Source of the DNA: Atractiella rhizophila
Taxonomy: Eukaryota
DNA: 50,534 nt
Reading direction: 5' to 3'
NCBI GenBank assembly: GCA_021432655.1
Contig: MU271267.1
Coordinates: 62,001-112,534 of the forward strand
Below, piece by piece: positions 1-12,467 of this stretch. A program made the position numbers and the translations under genes. The notes under the pieces were generated by a model that ran no database searches, was not told the origin of the DNA, and saw nothing but the letters and a program-made list of their open reading frames with translations. Numbering within the stretch: the first letter of the stretch is position 1; each line of letters starts with the position of its first letter.

Positions 1-1885
1 ATTTTTTTGTTCAGAAGGATCAGTTGTAGCACCTTGATAGATCTGATGGATCAATGTGGCGAGTCTGGAGATGGTGTTTAAGGTTTTATCATCAAGCTCA
101 AGATGAGCTAACACGTTATAGTCATCAGATATGGGTTCTGCCTTCCTTCCAAGAACCTGAGATTTGGCCTCACTCGTTGTGAACAATAAACAACATGGAT
201 GAAAACAAACTTCTTGAACAGCAGCCGTCCAAAAGATGTCCTCTTTCTTATGGCCCAGTTTCCAGAAAGCTGTGATCAAACACCATCTTGGAAGCTCTCT
301 GCTTAACCAGTCCTCAAAATCACTAGTCTTTTTTACAGGTTGACCAGTATCAGTACGATCATGATTTCATAGGATGGGGTAGACAAACCCTTGTAATAAG
401 GTGTGGATGAAAAGAGTGATAAATGTTTGGCGGAAACAACTGTCTTTCATTGCTTTTGGACCTTGAGGTAGGTTTCCAATTGGTTGGAGACAAACAATCC
501 CTATAGTCTTTGAATGGCGAACTGAAGCAGGAAAGATTGAGAAAAGATCAAAAGTCGACGGGGTAGATCTCTTGTCTGTTGAGTCTGACCGCACTTGTCA
601 AGGTGACCAAGCATTTGACGCCCATAGTCTAAATACTGAGAAAGTGCGGGATCTAACACCTCTGCTGTATCGTTCTCACTTCCAAGGACTGAAAAGACCC
701 AACCAGCCATGGCAGGAGCTTGAATCAATGTCTAGTGATGTATTCTTCGTCTGAAGGAGAGTTGGACATATTTTGCAAAGCGAAAGAGGATGTGAGCCGT
801 AGATTCAACAGTCTGTGCTACTTCAATCTTTGTAGCCAAATCGAAAAGATGGACAGGGGACTTGAAGGTACCGATTAACTGGGACTGCTCATCAGAGCGT
901 TCCATTGAGAGCAAGAGATTTGAGATGGCAGGAATATTGTCCAATCTGATCAGTGACTGGTCCATTGACAGAACGCCTTCCAAATCTTTCAGCTTTCTGC
1001 TCTTGAGCGATTTTCCAGCCGCATAGTATCCCTTGATACCTTCAAGCTCCTCTTGAAGGCAATCAAGACTGAGATCCTTTGTAAAGAAATCCATATTCAC
1101 TGGATGCTTAATGTGGATAGGGACATTGGTTCGTGATTGAGAGAGAGCTGCAGCTTTTCTGTTTGCCTTTGTTGATGTTTTTACTCTCTTTTGTCCCTGA
1201 TATAGCTATGTTGATATAAGCAAAATTTCCATACCTTTTTAAGCCAGCGAAAGTGTTTGCTTACATCTTGATCTAAATCAGCCGAGTCTTCAGCTGCTTC
1301 TCCCAAGGTGTTTGCCTTCCACTATGACTGGATTAGTTGATACTCTGAAGAAATTACAAAATATGGTACCTGACCTGTAAAGTGATTATGAACATGCTGG
1401 AGAATATATTTAGGCTGAGAGATACAAATAAAAATGGCAGAGGTTTGTTGACACGTACTGTAGAGATTCATTAAGTCCTCTCAACCGTTCCACCTCCTTG
1501 ACTAAACGTAGATATACCACATTTCCAGATATTCCCAAGGTATGCTCGTCCACATTTCCGACCAACGTGATCTCAGAACGAGATAAGTGCTTAATGGTGT
1601 CTGAACACATAAGACTGTCGTATTGATGGAGGGTGGCATGACGGCAGAGTCTGGTAGATGGCTGTGGGGCGTAATGGCTGCCAGGGGAGATTGTGTTGGC
1701 ATTAGGACGGTGAGATGTTCATATGGGTCATAACCTGTACATTCCACCAATTAATTCATGATTATGAAGAGAATGTGATAAAATACCATACCTTCCCCTA
1801 AATCATCCAAGCCATTGTTATCACTCCATATTTCTTCTTCCTCATCTGAAAGGGATATAGTATTCGAGCGTTTAGTAGCAGACAT
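1..1885 (-). CDS. Probable multi-exon gene of unknown function (possibly degenerate), divergent from the CACTA transposase; may run off the window start
   Basis: ATG at 1885 (MSATKRSNTISLSDEEEEIW...). Intron 1791-1735 (GTATGG...TACAG, 57 nt) joins exon 1 in frame to GYDPYEHL. Further protein-like pieces lie downstream on the minus strand (1100-732 MDFFTKDLSL...FRFAK). Later exons are not resolved. Confidence 0.4.
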
Positions 1886-2021
1886 GTATGTCTCAGCTTT
1901 AAAGGTATTTGTCAGAATGAAGGAGATTGTCGAGTTGAAAAAAAATGAAGTAGGGAAGTAGGCAACACACGTGAGCAAGTTCACTTTGTAATTCCACAAC
2001 TCCTCTAACTGCCTCAGGTCA

Positions 2022-5000
2022 TGTCATGGACAGTGCAGAAGATGCACTAGATTGGGCATGCAACTGTGGCAGATACTATGGGGGGGAGTGGCGAAGAGTA
2101 GCAAAGAGGACATTTGATCGGCATCCAAGATATTGTGAGGCAGATCTTGGTGGGATTGATGGATACGACGAGGAGGAGGAAGGAGAGATGGCGAGTAACA
2201 GCGAAGGTGAGGAGGAGCAAGGTTCGTATGCATGCACATTCAATAGAGGAACCAGCGTAAGGATTTGACTGAAAGATACCTTTGTCTAAATCCTCTGTTA
2301 GGCTGTTCATTCCACCGATGCTTCCACTACAGCTCCTGAAGGTGAACAGGACCCTATTGAGGCCATTCTTGCTGAGGTGGAGCGGGTTGAGTTGCGAAGA
2401 CTCGTACGTGATGGCTTCGCACGACCAACTGTTGGAAATGAAGGAGAGGAAGAACCTAAGGATGACTTATCGGAAAAAGACTCAACAGATCTAGAAGAGG
2501 ACGACTCTTCAGATGGAGAGGAGGAAACTGGGCTGGCAGGAGTCGGAGAGATGGATGAGCGTGGGCCGATCAACTGAATAAATCTTGAAGTTTGCTGATT
2601 ATTCCAGAACAGTGGATGATATGGTTTCTAACCTCCTGCCGAGTGACGAGCAGCTTGTCCGCCTTTTACACGAGCAGAAAGTGGTTCAGGAAGCCGAGCG
2701 TCGAGTTCACGATGTTAAAGACGAAGAAAAGTACAGATAAACACCTTTATCTTGTGAACAAATCATATCCCTCAAGATTTTCATGATGTGCCATGGTCGT
2801 GCTGCTGGATGCCTTTATGATGATCTGCGTCTCTGGATAGTGGATCGATTTCAAACTCCTACCCTCTCACTTGACCAAATCAAGCACCTTGTTAGGAATC
2901 AAGGCCGTATCATTCTCGAAGCTTTCGATATGTGTCCAGACACCTGCATTGCTTATACTGGTAGTCGATCGTAGTCGATCTGATCTTCAAGAGTGCCCTA
3001 AATGCCATCTTCCTCGCTATCGACAAAAGACTATGCGAAGTGGACGAACTAAGGATGTTTCCCAGCAACAGTTCTTCCTTGTTCCTTTTGAGACTCCTCT
3101 TCAGGCACGTTGGGCAACACCTCAAGGATCTTCTGCTTCGAAGCATCGAGCGAGACGGACAAAAGCTCTGCTTACGAAATATCCATTACCAGGAATGGTT
3201 CCAGTTGAGTTTGACGATATTTATTGTGGTTCAGATTACTTGAAGCTGGTACACGAGAAAAAGATTCTCCTTCTGACACACTGCTCACCTTCTAGCTCGA
3301 CGGTGCTCAGGTGTTCAATAACAAAAAACCTTCAGATAATATTTATCATCGTGATCGACTACAACCTTCCACCAGAGATCGGCTACAAACAGCAATATCT
3401 TATTCCTATTGGAATTATTCCAGGACCAAACAAACCTTGGGACCAGGATTCCTTTCTTTATCCAATTTTCCAACGTGTCAAAAAGCTGTCTATCAGTGGT
3501 TTCCTATCCACGACTCTGAGCATAATATCTGGTTCCGTTCTCGCCCTTTTATCATGCTTGGACTTTTCGATACCATCTGTGCTAGTGAAATGGCGGGAGA
3601 AGTTGGCCATACAGGTCGTCGAGGCTGTCATATTAACGGCTGTGCCTTAATCGGAGTACATGAGCCTGGACATTCAATCTACTATTATCCTCTCAGCCGG
3701 CCGACAAACTATCAAGAGTCTAAAGTTGAGCGACCAGATTACGATCCTCATAATCTTCCCACCGAAACTGCCCAGGAATATCAAAACCCATTTGGAAGAA
3801 CTTCAGGCAGCGCGCCGTGCTGGTCGACTTCGAAAAGCAGCAGCCCTCCAGTGAAAATATGGCATTGTCCATGATACACCTTTCGCTAAAATACGTACGT
3901 TTGGTGACGGTCCTCCTTTTTGTTTCATTGTTGATGGAATGCATGATCCAAATCTCAATTTTCCTGAACTGATGCTGGGTCTCTGGCGAGGCATGATTCG
4001 TCCATCCAACATGATAAGAGCAAAAACAGGCAAGCGCAAACGTGGAAAGGACGTACCTTTTCAATCATCTATCCTGCCAGAAGATCGACAGGAATGGGAG
4101 GTTCTTTTCGGCGAAGCTTGGCAACAGCACGGTATTGAGGTTGCGAACACTCGCACACACATCCCTTCGTCATGGGACAAATTTCTTCGGAACATTGATA
4201 TTAAGTATTCTGATTATAAGGCGAAGGAGTGGGAGACTTATTTCTATGGACTTGGACCAGGATTGCTCGAAGGGTACATTCCTGAACCGTTCTACTCACA
4301 CTATGTCAAAATCGTTTACTGCATTCGAAGTCTGCGAAAGCGTCGAATCTCTTGAAGGGAGCTGGACTTAGCTGAGGGACTAATTATTGAATATGTGAAA
4401 GAGCTTGAACAGCTGTATTATCAAAACGACATCCACCATGTCAATTTCTGTTGAATGTCTCTGTACAAGTTTTTGCATCTTGCGGCTCAAACTCGTCGAG
4501 TTGGACCATTTATCTACGTCACTCAGTGGACTCTCAAGCGAACTAGCGGCATTTTGGGCTCAAGAATACGTTAACCATCAAAGCCGTACCAGAACCTTTC
4601 AAAGAAGTGTATTCAGCAAGCACAGTGTCAAGCGTTATGCTCCATTGATACCACACTCATGGAGAAACGAATGCTCCGTACACTCCCTAAAGGCGCTCTC
4701 GAATTAGGTGGTTCCTTTGCATTGTTACGTGCCTCTGAACCTGCGGTCTTTACCGATGGACCTGAGAGGGATGTCACTTTGAATTATCTGCGACAGCTTC
4801 ACACTGAAGTAGAGCTGTTGGCATGGAATGGTAACTTTACAAAATGGGCACGTCTTCAACTGCCAAATGGGGAGCAAGTGTGGATGATAAAATTAATCAC
4901 TTTCTACATCCAAACCTAGTTTATGCACAATGAACCAATCCTCAAACCAAGGCCTGTGAACCACCGCAACCATTTAATGTTATAAACAGGAATCACAACA

Positions 5001-5246
5001 AGTACACCTGCTGGTGCAGGCTTACAAGTCACCACAACACCGTAATGATCATGACTCTCATACTCTTGGAATGGTCGAACTAGAGCAAGATGGTGGGTAA
5101 CTGAGGCCGTGGTCAGTTCCAAGAAGTAATTGACCTCGCCGTATTCAACTTCCATTTTCGTGGTAGGGGAGCTGTGTGGTGTATACATGATGTTCCGACT
5201 GATGTGAACCTCATTCTGAGGGCGTTGCAGTTCCTTCTATCGAGTA
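2022..5246 (+). pseudogene. CACTA/En-Spm (tnp2/Transposase_21-like) transposase pseudogene; terminal 364 bp inverted
   Basis: Fungal CACTA motifs appear in order across frameshifts and stops: CNCGRY, DMCPDTCIAYTG, CPKCHLPRY, YNLPPEIGYK..IPIGIIPGPNKPWDQDSFL, GHTGRRGC, DGMHDPNLNFPELMLGLWRG, YKAKEWETYFYGLGPGLL, GPFIYVTQWTLKR, KWARLQLPNGEQV. The C-terminus (SRNIM..EYGEVNYF..FIVHKLGLDV) is on the minus strand at 4893-5246. Confidence 0.85.
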
Positions 5247-6380
5247 CACAAGTTCGTGGCCTGCTGATAATAACATAAGTTCTGATCGTGTATTGTCGAG
5301 AAGTCATTCATCTTCCACTCCATTTCACCATACAATGTGACTCCTTGAGTAAATACTTTAGTGCAGCCCTAGACACAAGAGGGAGACGGACCAGGGCTTT
5401 CCTATGCAAGCTTGTTCTTAAGGTGACCGGTAGCCAAAGAACCTGTTAAGTAATGAATCAGCATGTACATGCAAATTTCGTTTGATTGCCATTCACACGT
5501 ACACCTTTGAACCATCAGATGGGCAGTAAAGCTGTCCTTCATTCGGTTGATACGAGTGGTTGGATTGATGGGCTGACTTTGCCGGAAAGCTAAGGTGGAG
5601 GTGGAGTTAACAAGCCTTGGAGACTGACGGACGGGGAGACCTTGTGGAGATTGGCCAAGAGGAGGAAGATGGTAGAGGGAATCTGTCATCAATGTCGTTG
5701 GGGACTATACTATGTCATGAAAGGCCGCGCGATCGCTTTGCTGGAAGCTGCTACTAGAAGCGTGTTGGTTAGCAGTCCATTCCACATCGTGAATAGAAGA
5801 GACAACAAACCAGAAAGAATTGTAAAGCACCTCCTCTTCACCCTAGGTTTTGTGCTGTGGCAGGCATGAACATGTACAATCCATAGAATGAAACTAACAC
5901 TGATCCCACCATCTTCACTCACGTCCCATCCCCACATTGAGAACCGCTACAGCGCTGATCACAATTGACGGTGACTGCTTCTTGAATATCCTCAAGAACT
6001 CGAGACCACATTGAAAGGAAAGAACGGGAAGGAAATTCCATCAATTTCCAGCTCAGCATGAGAAAATCTTTCTTCATAGTTATCGGACTATGTGCATGCA
6101 GGAAAATGCGGGAACTTTGTCTGAATTTGCCGCGAAAAGCTAGGAATAAGGGGAAATGTCGGAAAGGACTTTTGACAGGGGCTGACCAGTCACATTTTTT
6201 TTTTCAAGATGGCAATCGAAAGCTTGAATTGGGTGAATCATGATAGGTTTGGATGAGAACTGAGAAAGTGCAGGAAGGATGAGATTGAGGACTTTATGCG
6301 GAGGATGGGTGACAGGATCACACATCTCAGTGCAGATAATGTGGAGGACTCATCCACTTCAGCCTCAGCAGGCCTTTACT

Positions 6381-8029
6381 TAGGGATGCACAATGGGTGG
6401 TAACGTGACGGGTGGAGGATGCTATGTGAGCTTCTTCATGTCAAGTAAAGGCATGCGGTTGTGTTGAGGCAGCATCTAAGGTGAGGGCCGCACGTCGAAG
6501 GAACACGTAACGGGGTCGTAAGGGGTTTAAGCCTCACGTCTTGTAATATTGTGCTTACTGAGCTAAATAATGTAAAATAATGTACAGAATGAGTTTAAGA
6601 AATCGAAGAGCAAAAGTTCTGAGCAAAGAATTCCGACGTAAACATCGACACGAACATTTCAGCTCCCTTCTGCAATCACAGCCGAAGCAGCCTTTAGTTC
6701 CCTTGCCTTCCAATCTCTCTCCAATCGCAATTGAGCCTTAAGGACCATTAGCGCTTGAATTGTGTCTGGTTTGAGGCGTGCACGGCGGATCCCTATTGTG
6801 TTGTGTGCTCTGCTGAAGACACGCTCGACAGCCACGGAACAGCCTTCATATAATAAACAATCATTAGTCTTGTGAGCTTGCACTAACATGATGAGAAGGT
6901 GAATGTAACGAAAGACAGACCTGGAATAGAGAGGATGTGCCTTGCCATCTGAGACCACTCCTTCAAATCTGTTTTCGACCGCACACAATAAATCTCCAAC
7001 GGATCCTCCGCCCAGTCCAATGGAGGAAGACTGAACCAAAGGATCGGTTGCCGATCCTCATCCTCATGAAGCACCTTTCCTTATTGATTTGCCTTCTGCA
7101 TAAGCTTTGCTGAATATGTGAGTGGTGTTGCTGCAGACATTAGAACGTGCTTGAAGGATTCGGAAGGAGAAGAGGTGTGGGAAGATGGTGGTTGGCTTTT
7201 ACAAAGATAGTTGGTCATGATGAAAGGGGCAATCACCATCTTCATCCCTGCTGGAGAGCTGTTTCCTGAGCACCTCGCACATCTTGTAAAGCCACAAAGT
7301 CATCTAAGACAACAAGTAATTGAGTTAAAATCAGGATGAGAAGAGCGAGAGAAAACAACTGTACATAGTCTTTGTCCGGTCATATGGTTGTAACGGCGGC
7401 CCTTAAGACTTCCAGCTCATCATAACCGGGAATGGTTGAATTTCTATGATGAAGAAAATATCGAGTCAACATTGGCACAGGGAGACGGCAGAATGGATAG
7501 ACATACACCTCCTGTTCCCGTTTCTTTCTCTCTCTCACACTGATTGCCATTCCTTCTTCGTTATTCCTCTGTACCATGTCCACCAATTTGATTTGTCTGG
7601 CTGGCTTTGATGGGGCCGTGTTGCGAGACTGACAATTAGACGAAGTCGTCCAAAGGACATGGCACTCTTTTATCAATGGTCAGGATAGGGAGGCACTGGT
7701 GGAACTAGTCAGCTCTTGTTCGGTGAGAATATTCTGGAGGTGGTTTGACTTACATTAGAAAGGCAGCGTCACACACCGTGAACACAGAGAAATCTCCAAT
7801 CTTCTGATCATACCAGGCACACTGCCACACCAGCTAGCAGGCACAGTTGGAAGCTTGACGTATTGGCGGACGAAAACGGTAATGCCTTCCTCTTGCCTGC
7901 CGCACGTTCGTTAGGTCACGTCGAAGATGCGTGCGGGAGAGACGGGTTCCTTTGTGCTAGGCACCCGCCAAAAAAAGACGGGAACGTCGCACGGGTTCCG
8001 AACCCGTCCCGCCCCATTGTGCATCCCTA
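6381..8029 (-). mobile_element. Non-autonomous (internally deleted) hAT DNA transposon, 1649 bp
   Basis: Perfect 17-bp TIRs TAGGGATGCACAATGGG (6381-6397 and 8013-8029); 8-bp TSD CCTTTACT (6373-6380 and 8030-8037); subterminal ACGGG/CCCG repeats; internal hAT dimerisation-domain remnant. Confidence 0.95.
6659..7074 (-). pseudogene. hAT transposase C-terminal dimerisation-domain remnant with one intron
   Basis: DPLEIYC...WSQMARHILSIP[intron 6920-6844, GTCTGT..GACTAAT..AAG]GCSVAVERVFSRAHNTIGIRRARLKPDTIQALMVLK. The splice restores the typical hAT motif SIPxxSVxVERVFS. Confidence 0.88.
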
Positions 8030-8625
8030 CCTTTACTTATCTTCTCGCCTGAGATACCTATACTTGTCCAAACACCCGCTTCTTCCATTGCTCTCCCTCC
8101 TGCATACCCTTAAGAACCTCCACCTCTCCAATACGTGTCCACTCCCTTCCTCCATCTCAGACTGTCCTCTTGCCGCCTCCTCTGGAGTATGTCAACATCG
8201 AGCTGGCCCCCTTCTCTGCCAATGGAAAGACGACCATCCTACCCACTCCACTCGACTTCTCACACCTCACACAGCTCACCAAGCTGTTCCTCGACGGGGG
8301 CGAAGAAACATCAAACCTTGTTTCCACTCCGTTCTTCAGCAGACTCACGAATGCAATGGGCATAAAGCTGATAATACTCCAGTACTGTGTGGTGGACTCG
8401 TTTTACTTCCCAGACTTCATCCGCTGGTTCTTTGGAGATTGGCAGGTGAGCGACGCTGAGAAGGGGGATCGGAAAGGTGGGAGGAAGATAGGGGAGCGTC
8501 TTGAGGTTCGTCTATTCTTTGGAGAGTGGAGCGAGGAGGAGATCGTGATTGCGAGGAGTATGATGCAAAAGTACACAAGGAGCGAGAGATCAGGTATTTG
8601 GGAGCCTGGGAAGGGGGAGGAATGA

Positions 8626-9740
8626 TGTGGAAGGCACAGTCTGATTCAGGCTCCACCTCCAGAGCTACTAGATCAGACGCTGCACTCTCACATCGCTCTG
8701 AGCAGCCCATGATTGATGGAGGTGGCCGTGAACATGAAAGAGTTCGCGAGGGGGGCTTGTGCACTCGTTTTGCTAGCCAGCCAAATGCTCAGGTTACAAG
8801 TTGGGAGGATACCACTAGGGCAGCCCGACATTCCCAATCCCCAACACCTTCAGCACAGTCATAACCTCTTCCACCCTATTTTTCCTTCCCCCATCTCCAT
8901 CCACGCCGCTAGGGCCGAATGGTTGAGGGGCAGGATATAACACAATACACCAATCCGCCGCACCTTTTGAGCCTCTCTTTCTTTTCGACGGAACAGGTGC
9001 CTTTGGAGAATTCTAGGTCCGCTTCTGCGAGCCTGAATGGAACGGTAGTTGATAAAGCTGCTGGACTAGGAGATGCAAAAGAGTGGGGGATGCTGGATGC
9101 TTTTGGAGAGGATGAGGGGGAGAATCGGACAGGATGGTGGCTGCTCGACTTCTTCTACATCTGTAGGCAATTCTCAATCCAATCTTCGGAATGGTAGAAC
9201 ATAAAATACTATTGTAAAGAAAGAAAGGAGGCAGGCTTACCTCGATTGACTCTTGTGGCAGACACTCCACCACAGCAGTCTTTCTGATTCCCATGACAGT
9301 AGATTATTCATTACACTCCAACACAAAATCTCCAAATCTCATGACCCCTTCTAAGGCCTTCATCAGCTTTACCTCCGCCACAAGCGAGGCAGTTCGACTG
9401 CATTCTTACTGACAGCATGAAACCCATCCTCCGTCGTCTTCTTCCAGGTTTTGACACCTTCTCCGCTGCCTCCTTACTCCCTCTGGCCTCTAGCCACATG
9501 TGGGGATCATGCAGTGCGCTGTGTTGTCGCTGACTCACTTGAGAGAAAGGTGAGGCGTGTGGAGGAGAATGGCGACAGAAGAACCTCCTCCGCGTCAGCT
9601 GGACTTATGCGGCGCTGGAGTCAGGTGTACAATGCGGGGAAGGAGCTCGAAGGAGAGAAATAGGGGATGGAAGCCGGAGGAAGATTGAGGGGAAGGGGCG
9701 AATGTGTCGCAACGCATCGATTACGTCACTTAACTTGACA
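8626..9740 (+). repeat. 3'-flank segmental duplication shared with ~30261-31590
   Basis: Near-identical text after the stop codons of copies A and E (tgtggaaggcacagtctgattcaggctccacctc...). The E flank has an extra ~250 bp at about 30466-30714. Confidence 0.85.
9161..9730 (-). pseudogene. HSP104: Hsp104/ClpB-type disaggregase 5' fragment (into NBD1 Walker A), copy 1, with intron
   Basis: Degenerate reading EDGFHAVSKNAVEL...GK.D...KTAVVECL.Q..VNR, then intron 9240-9161 (GTAAGC...CTACAG), then DV. This matches the Hsp104 pattern AEEGFDALxKYAVDLTxLAxEGKLDPVIGR...GKTAxxEGLAQRIVNRDV. Confidence 0.7.
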
Positions 9741-10049
9741 TCGCTTGGACCTCGCTTGGATGGGATGCTCTGTGCTTTCACTCCCTCTTCTCATATTTCT
9801 GTCATGCCAGCTTTGTCCCGCTCGTCCACCATCCCCTCCACACACCCGTTCAACCGCCCAAACTGAAACTGAAACTTGTTCCACTAGAGCCACTTTCTGG
9901 TCTCCTCCAACACCGTATGGCTCCTCACATCCCTCCCGCCTCACGATCCCAAATCGCACTCTCCTGATCAAGATGATCCAGTTTTCGATGTCCCACCAAG
10001 CTACACCTCTCTCCATAGTGCCCTCATATTTCATCTCACCTCCCCCTTC

Positions 10050-11690
10050 GGTGTCCCCTTTTACTTCACTTTGACGTGCCACCACACGACGAAGCGCAGA
10101 GGCACCCAACCACCATTCGAAGCAGATCTACTCTCGCTACGCCGTGACAAGAGCGAATATCACATCGTTTTCTCCCCCTCTTCCCTCCCCTTCCTGCTTC
10201 ACTTTTATCCAGACTGAGCAGCTGGAGCAGCTCGTGGACAGGTTGGTCAGTGGATGCGGCAGTGAGAGGAGAGGGATGGAGAGGGAGATCGGTTGGGTTG
10301 AGGTGGAGAGGGAGGGGTTGCTGCTGGGGGAGAGAATCCGATCTGAGCTTATGCATATCCTGAGGAGGAGGAAGGTGAGCACGGCAGTGGACGGGAGCGG
10401 AAGGGAGTGGTGGACAACAAATCCCAGCACCTGCCCCTATCACTCTTCGACCAGCAGGCCAACAAGTGACCATTCAAAGGCTTCTCTGTGGGACATTGGC
10501 ATGGACGACCTCCGTCTTCTCAGCCGTCCTTTACACCCATATTCTGTCCCTTTGACGAGGAATGCATCGCGTGACCTAGCTGTCGCCTTCACCATTCACC
10601 TCTCTAACTCCCCCTCGTCAGCTCGCAGGAACCTCGTGGGATATTTGAGAAAAGGCGCCTTTATGTTAGATGACAGGCAAGCTTCCAGAATTGAGGACGG
10701 GGAAGAAAATAGACGGAAATTGAGAGTAGACATGGAGATGGAGAGGGATGGAGAGGAAATGGAGGATGAGAGGTGAGAAAATTTGAAGAAGGGTCTCGCG
10801 GAGGAAAGAGAGCGAGATGGGAGGCGGTCTGCGAGAGAGCCGGTGCAGCATCACATCGGTACTGCTTCTTCCGAACGAGGACTATTAGCGAGGGTGGATG
10901 ATGATGAGACAGAATGGGGTGACTCTCTGGTTGCCGAGTAAAGGCTGGGAGATGTACGTTAATCGACTCTGTTGTGAGTCGTCCATACTTTGACACTCTT
11001 TCGTCTTCACTGCTGATTCCTTGGGATGGGATGGAGCAAGGTTGTCCCCATCGTTGAAATTTTACCGGTTTATCCAGAGTGGAACGATTCACATAAGCAT
11101 GTGGTTTGTACGCCTCCCTTTCCTAAGACAAGTAGACAATGAAGATGGCAGTCAGACTCAGACTCTGGACAACTGACCGTCGGAATGGAATTCGAAAAAT
11201 GGCACGCCTTGTGCTGTCTGGTGCCCCTCAAGCCTCAAGCATTATTCGCATCTCAAAGCAGATAACAAAACAACAAAACACCATCACAACGAAGGACTCC
11301 CCTACCACGCTATGTTTAGTACCCTGCAGTGGTCTTCGTCACCATCACCGTGTGAAGTTATAGAACGTTTCCCCTTCTCCAGCGCCCAACTCCTTTCCGT
11401 CATCTATTTTGTCGGAGTATCATCTTTCGCTGGACTATCTCCTTGTTCTGGTCTGCATTGCTGCTGCGCTGCTACTTGATGGATTATGCAACTGACCTTG
11501 CATGTATTATAGTCAGAACAGCTGTTTAACATGCAACAGCTCCGCTCCCCCAAGCCGAAAAGCAGACGTATCAGCAGCTAAGCACAACTACGCTGGAGCC
11601 TCCAAACCGATGCAGCTGTCCCACCAACAAGCACGCTGTACTCCCAGACTGGATCACTTTCGGCTTGGGAGTGGAAGAGGTTGAGCAGCG
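10050..11690. repeat. Recurrent degenerate intergenic module M. Other copies at about 16950-19100, 22780-24030, 31950-33620, 42530-44340, 45900-47240 and partial 50250-50534
   Basis: Shared anchors, imperfect in some copies: gtggatctact, atccagatagagcag, caccacgtaccgt, ttcaccattcacctctc, cttcctttcctaagacaag, gactcagactct..acaactgacc, caagcattactcgcat. Confidence 0.8.
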
Positions 11691-12467
11691 CCAGTGCTAC
11701 TCAGCACCAACAACCTTCTCAGACCTCTCCCTCCTTACGAACCATCTGAAGCTGGAGTGAGGGAGCAGAGATGGAGGGGTCCGAGGATCCACGAGAAAGG
11801 AGACCTGACCAATAGCTCGAGTGTCGAACCAGAGAGTTAGGCGGCACCTCTCGTTGGGAAAGGAGGAAGGGGGTATCACGCCTCTCCATTTCCTCGAGGA
11901 CAACGAGCCAGTCAGAGGCAGACCTTCCTCGAATCTTCTGATAGCATCTCTCCTCATCTCTCCTCAGACTCACGAAGGACACAACGTTTCCGTCCATAAA
12001 CTGACGAAGAAGCCGATCAAGTTCTATAATGGGTTTGTAATAAGCATATCGATAAGGAGGGGAGATCAAAGAATGGGTGGACACTGATGGAGCCTTCTGT
12101 ATTCTTTGTAGAGGTGGCTGGTGGGAGAGTTTGGAAGGATGCTTCGAAAATGGCTCAGCACTTGGAATTACCTTACTATATCAGTGTTACCCCTCTTCCT
12201 TACCCTTATACCTAAAGGCAGCCGAGGCTGACAGGTTGCATGTTGTCAGAATGGATCAACGCCGTCGTGGTCTCCCTCATCGCCATGGGACTGCTCACCA
12301 TCTAACAAGGTGACGTCGGTGCCTTCACACCGTTCGGGAACAACCTCCGCTTAAAAGAGTTTTGTTCTCCTTCGTCTTTCACAGGAATCTTTGTGTATTA
12401 GCCCATTGCTGATTCTTACTCGCAGTCTTCGAAGTGAGAAACATATTCTCATTTCCTTCGAATAGCC

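Larger units (their letters stand above)
6262..8625 (+). pseudogene. F-box/LRR family copy A: 5'-truncated, split by a hAT insertion, frameshift near 8170
   Basis: 6262-6380 encodes ..EDFMRRMGDRITHLSADNVEDSSTSASAGLY. Homology resumes after the element (LSSRLRYLYLSKHP...DFIRWFFGDW...GIWEPGKGEE*). Confidence 0.9.

Noticed and set aside
5940..6260. Possible right terminus of the CACTA element
   Set aside because: No convincing CACTA-type TIR or TSD can be paired within the window; the left end would lie outside it.
7863..8459. 198-aa ORF
   Set aside because: Chance read-through from the hAT terminus into copy A with a frame change; not an independent gene.
10144..10776. 210-aa and 225-aa plus-strand ORFs in module M (also 23080-23757)
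   Set aside because: Frames are not maintained between copies, and splice signals indicate the ancestral coding strand was minus.
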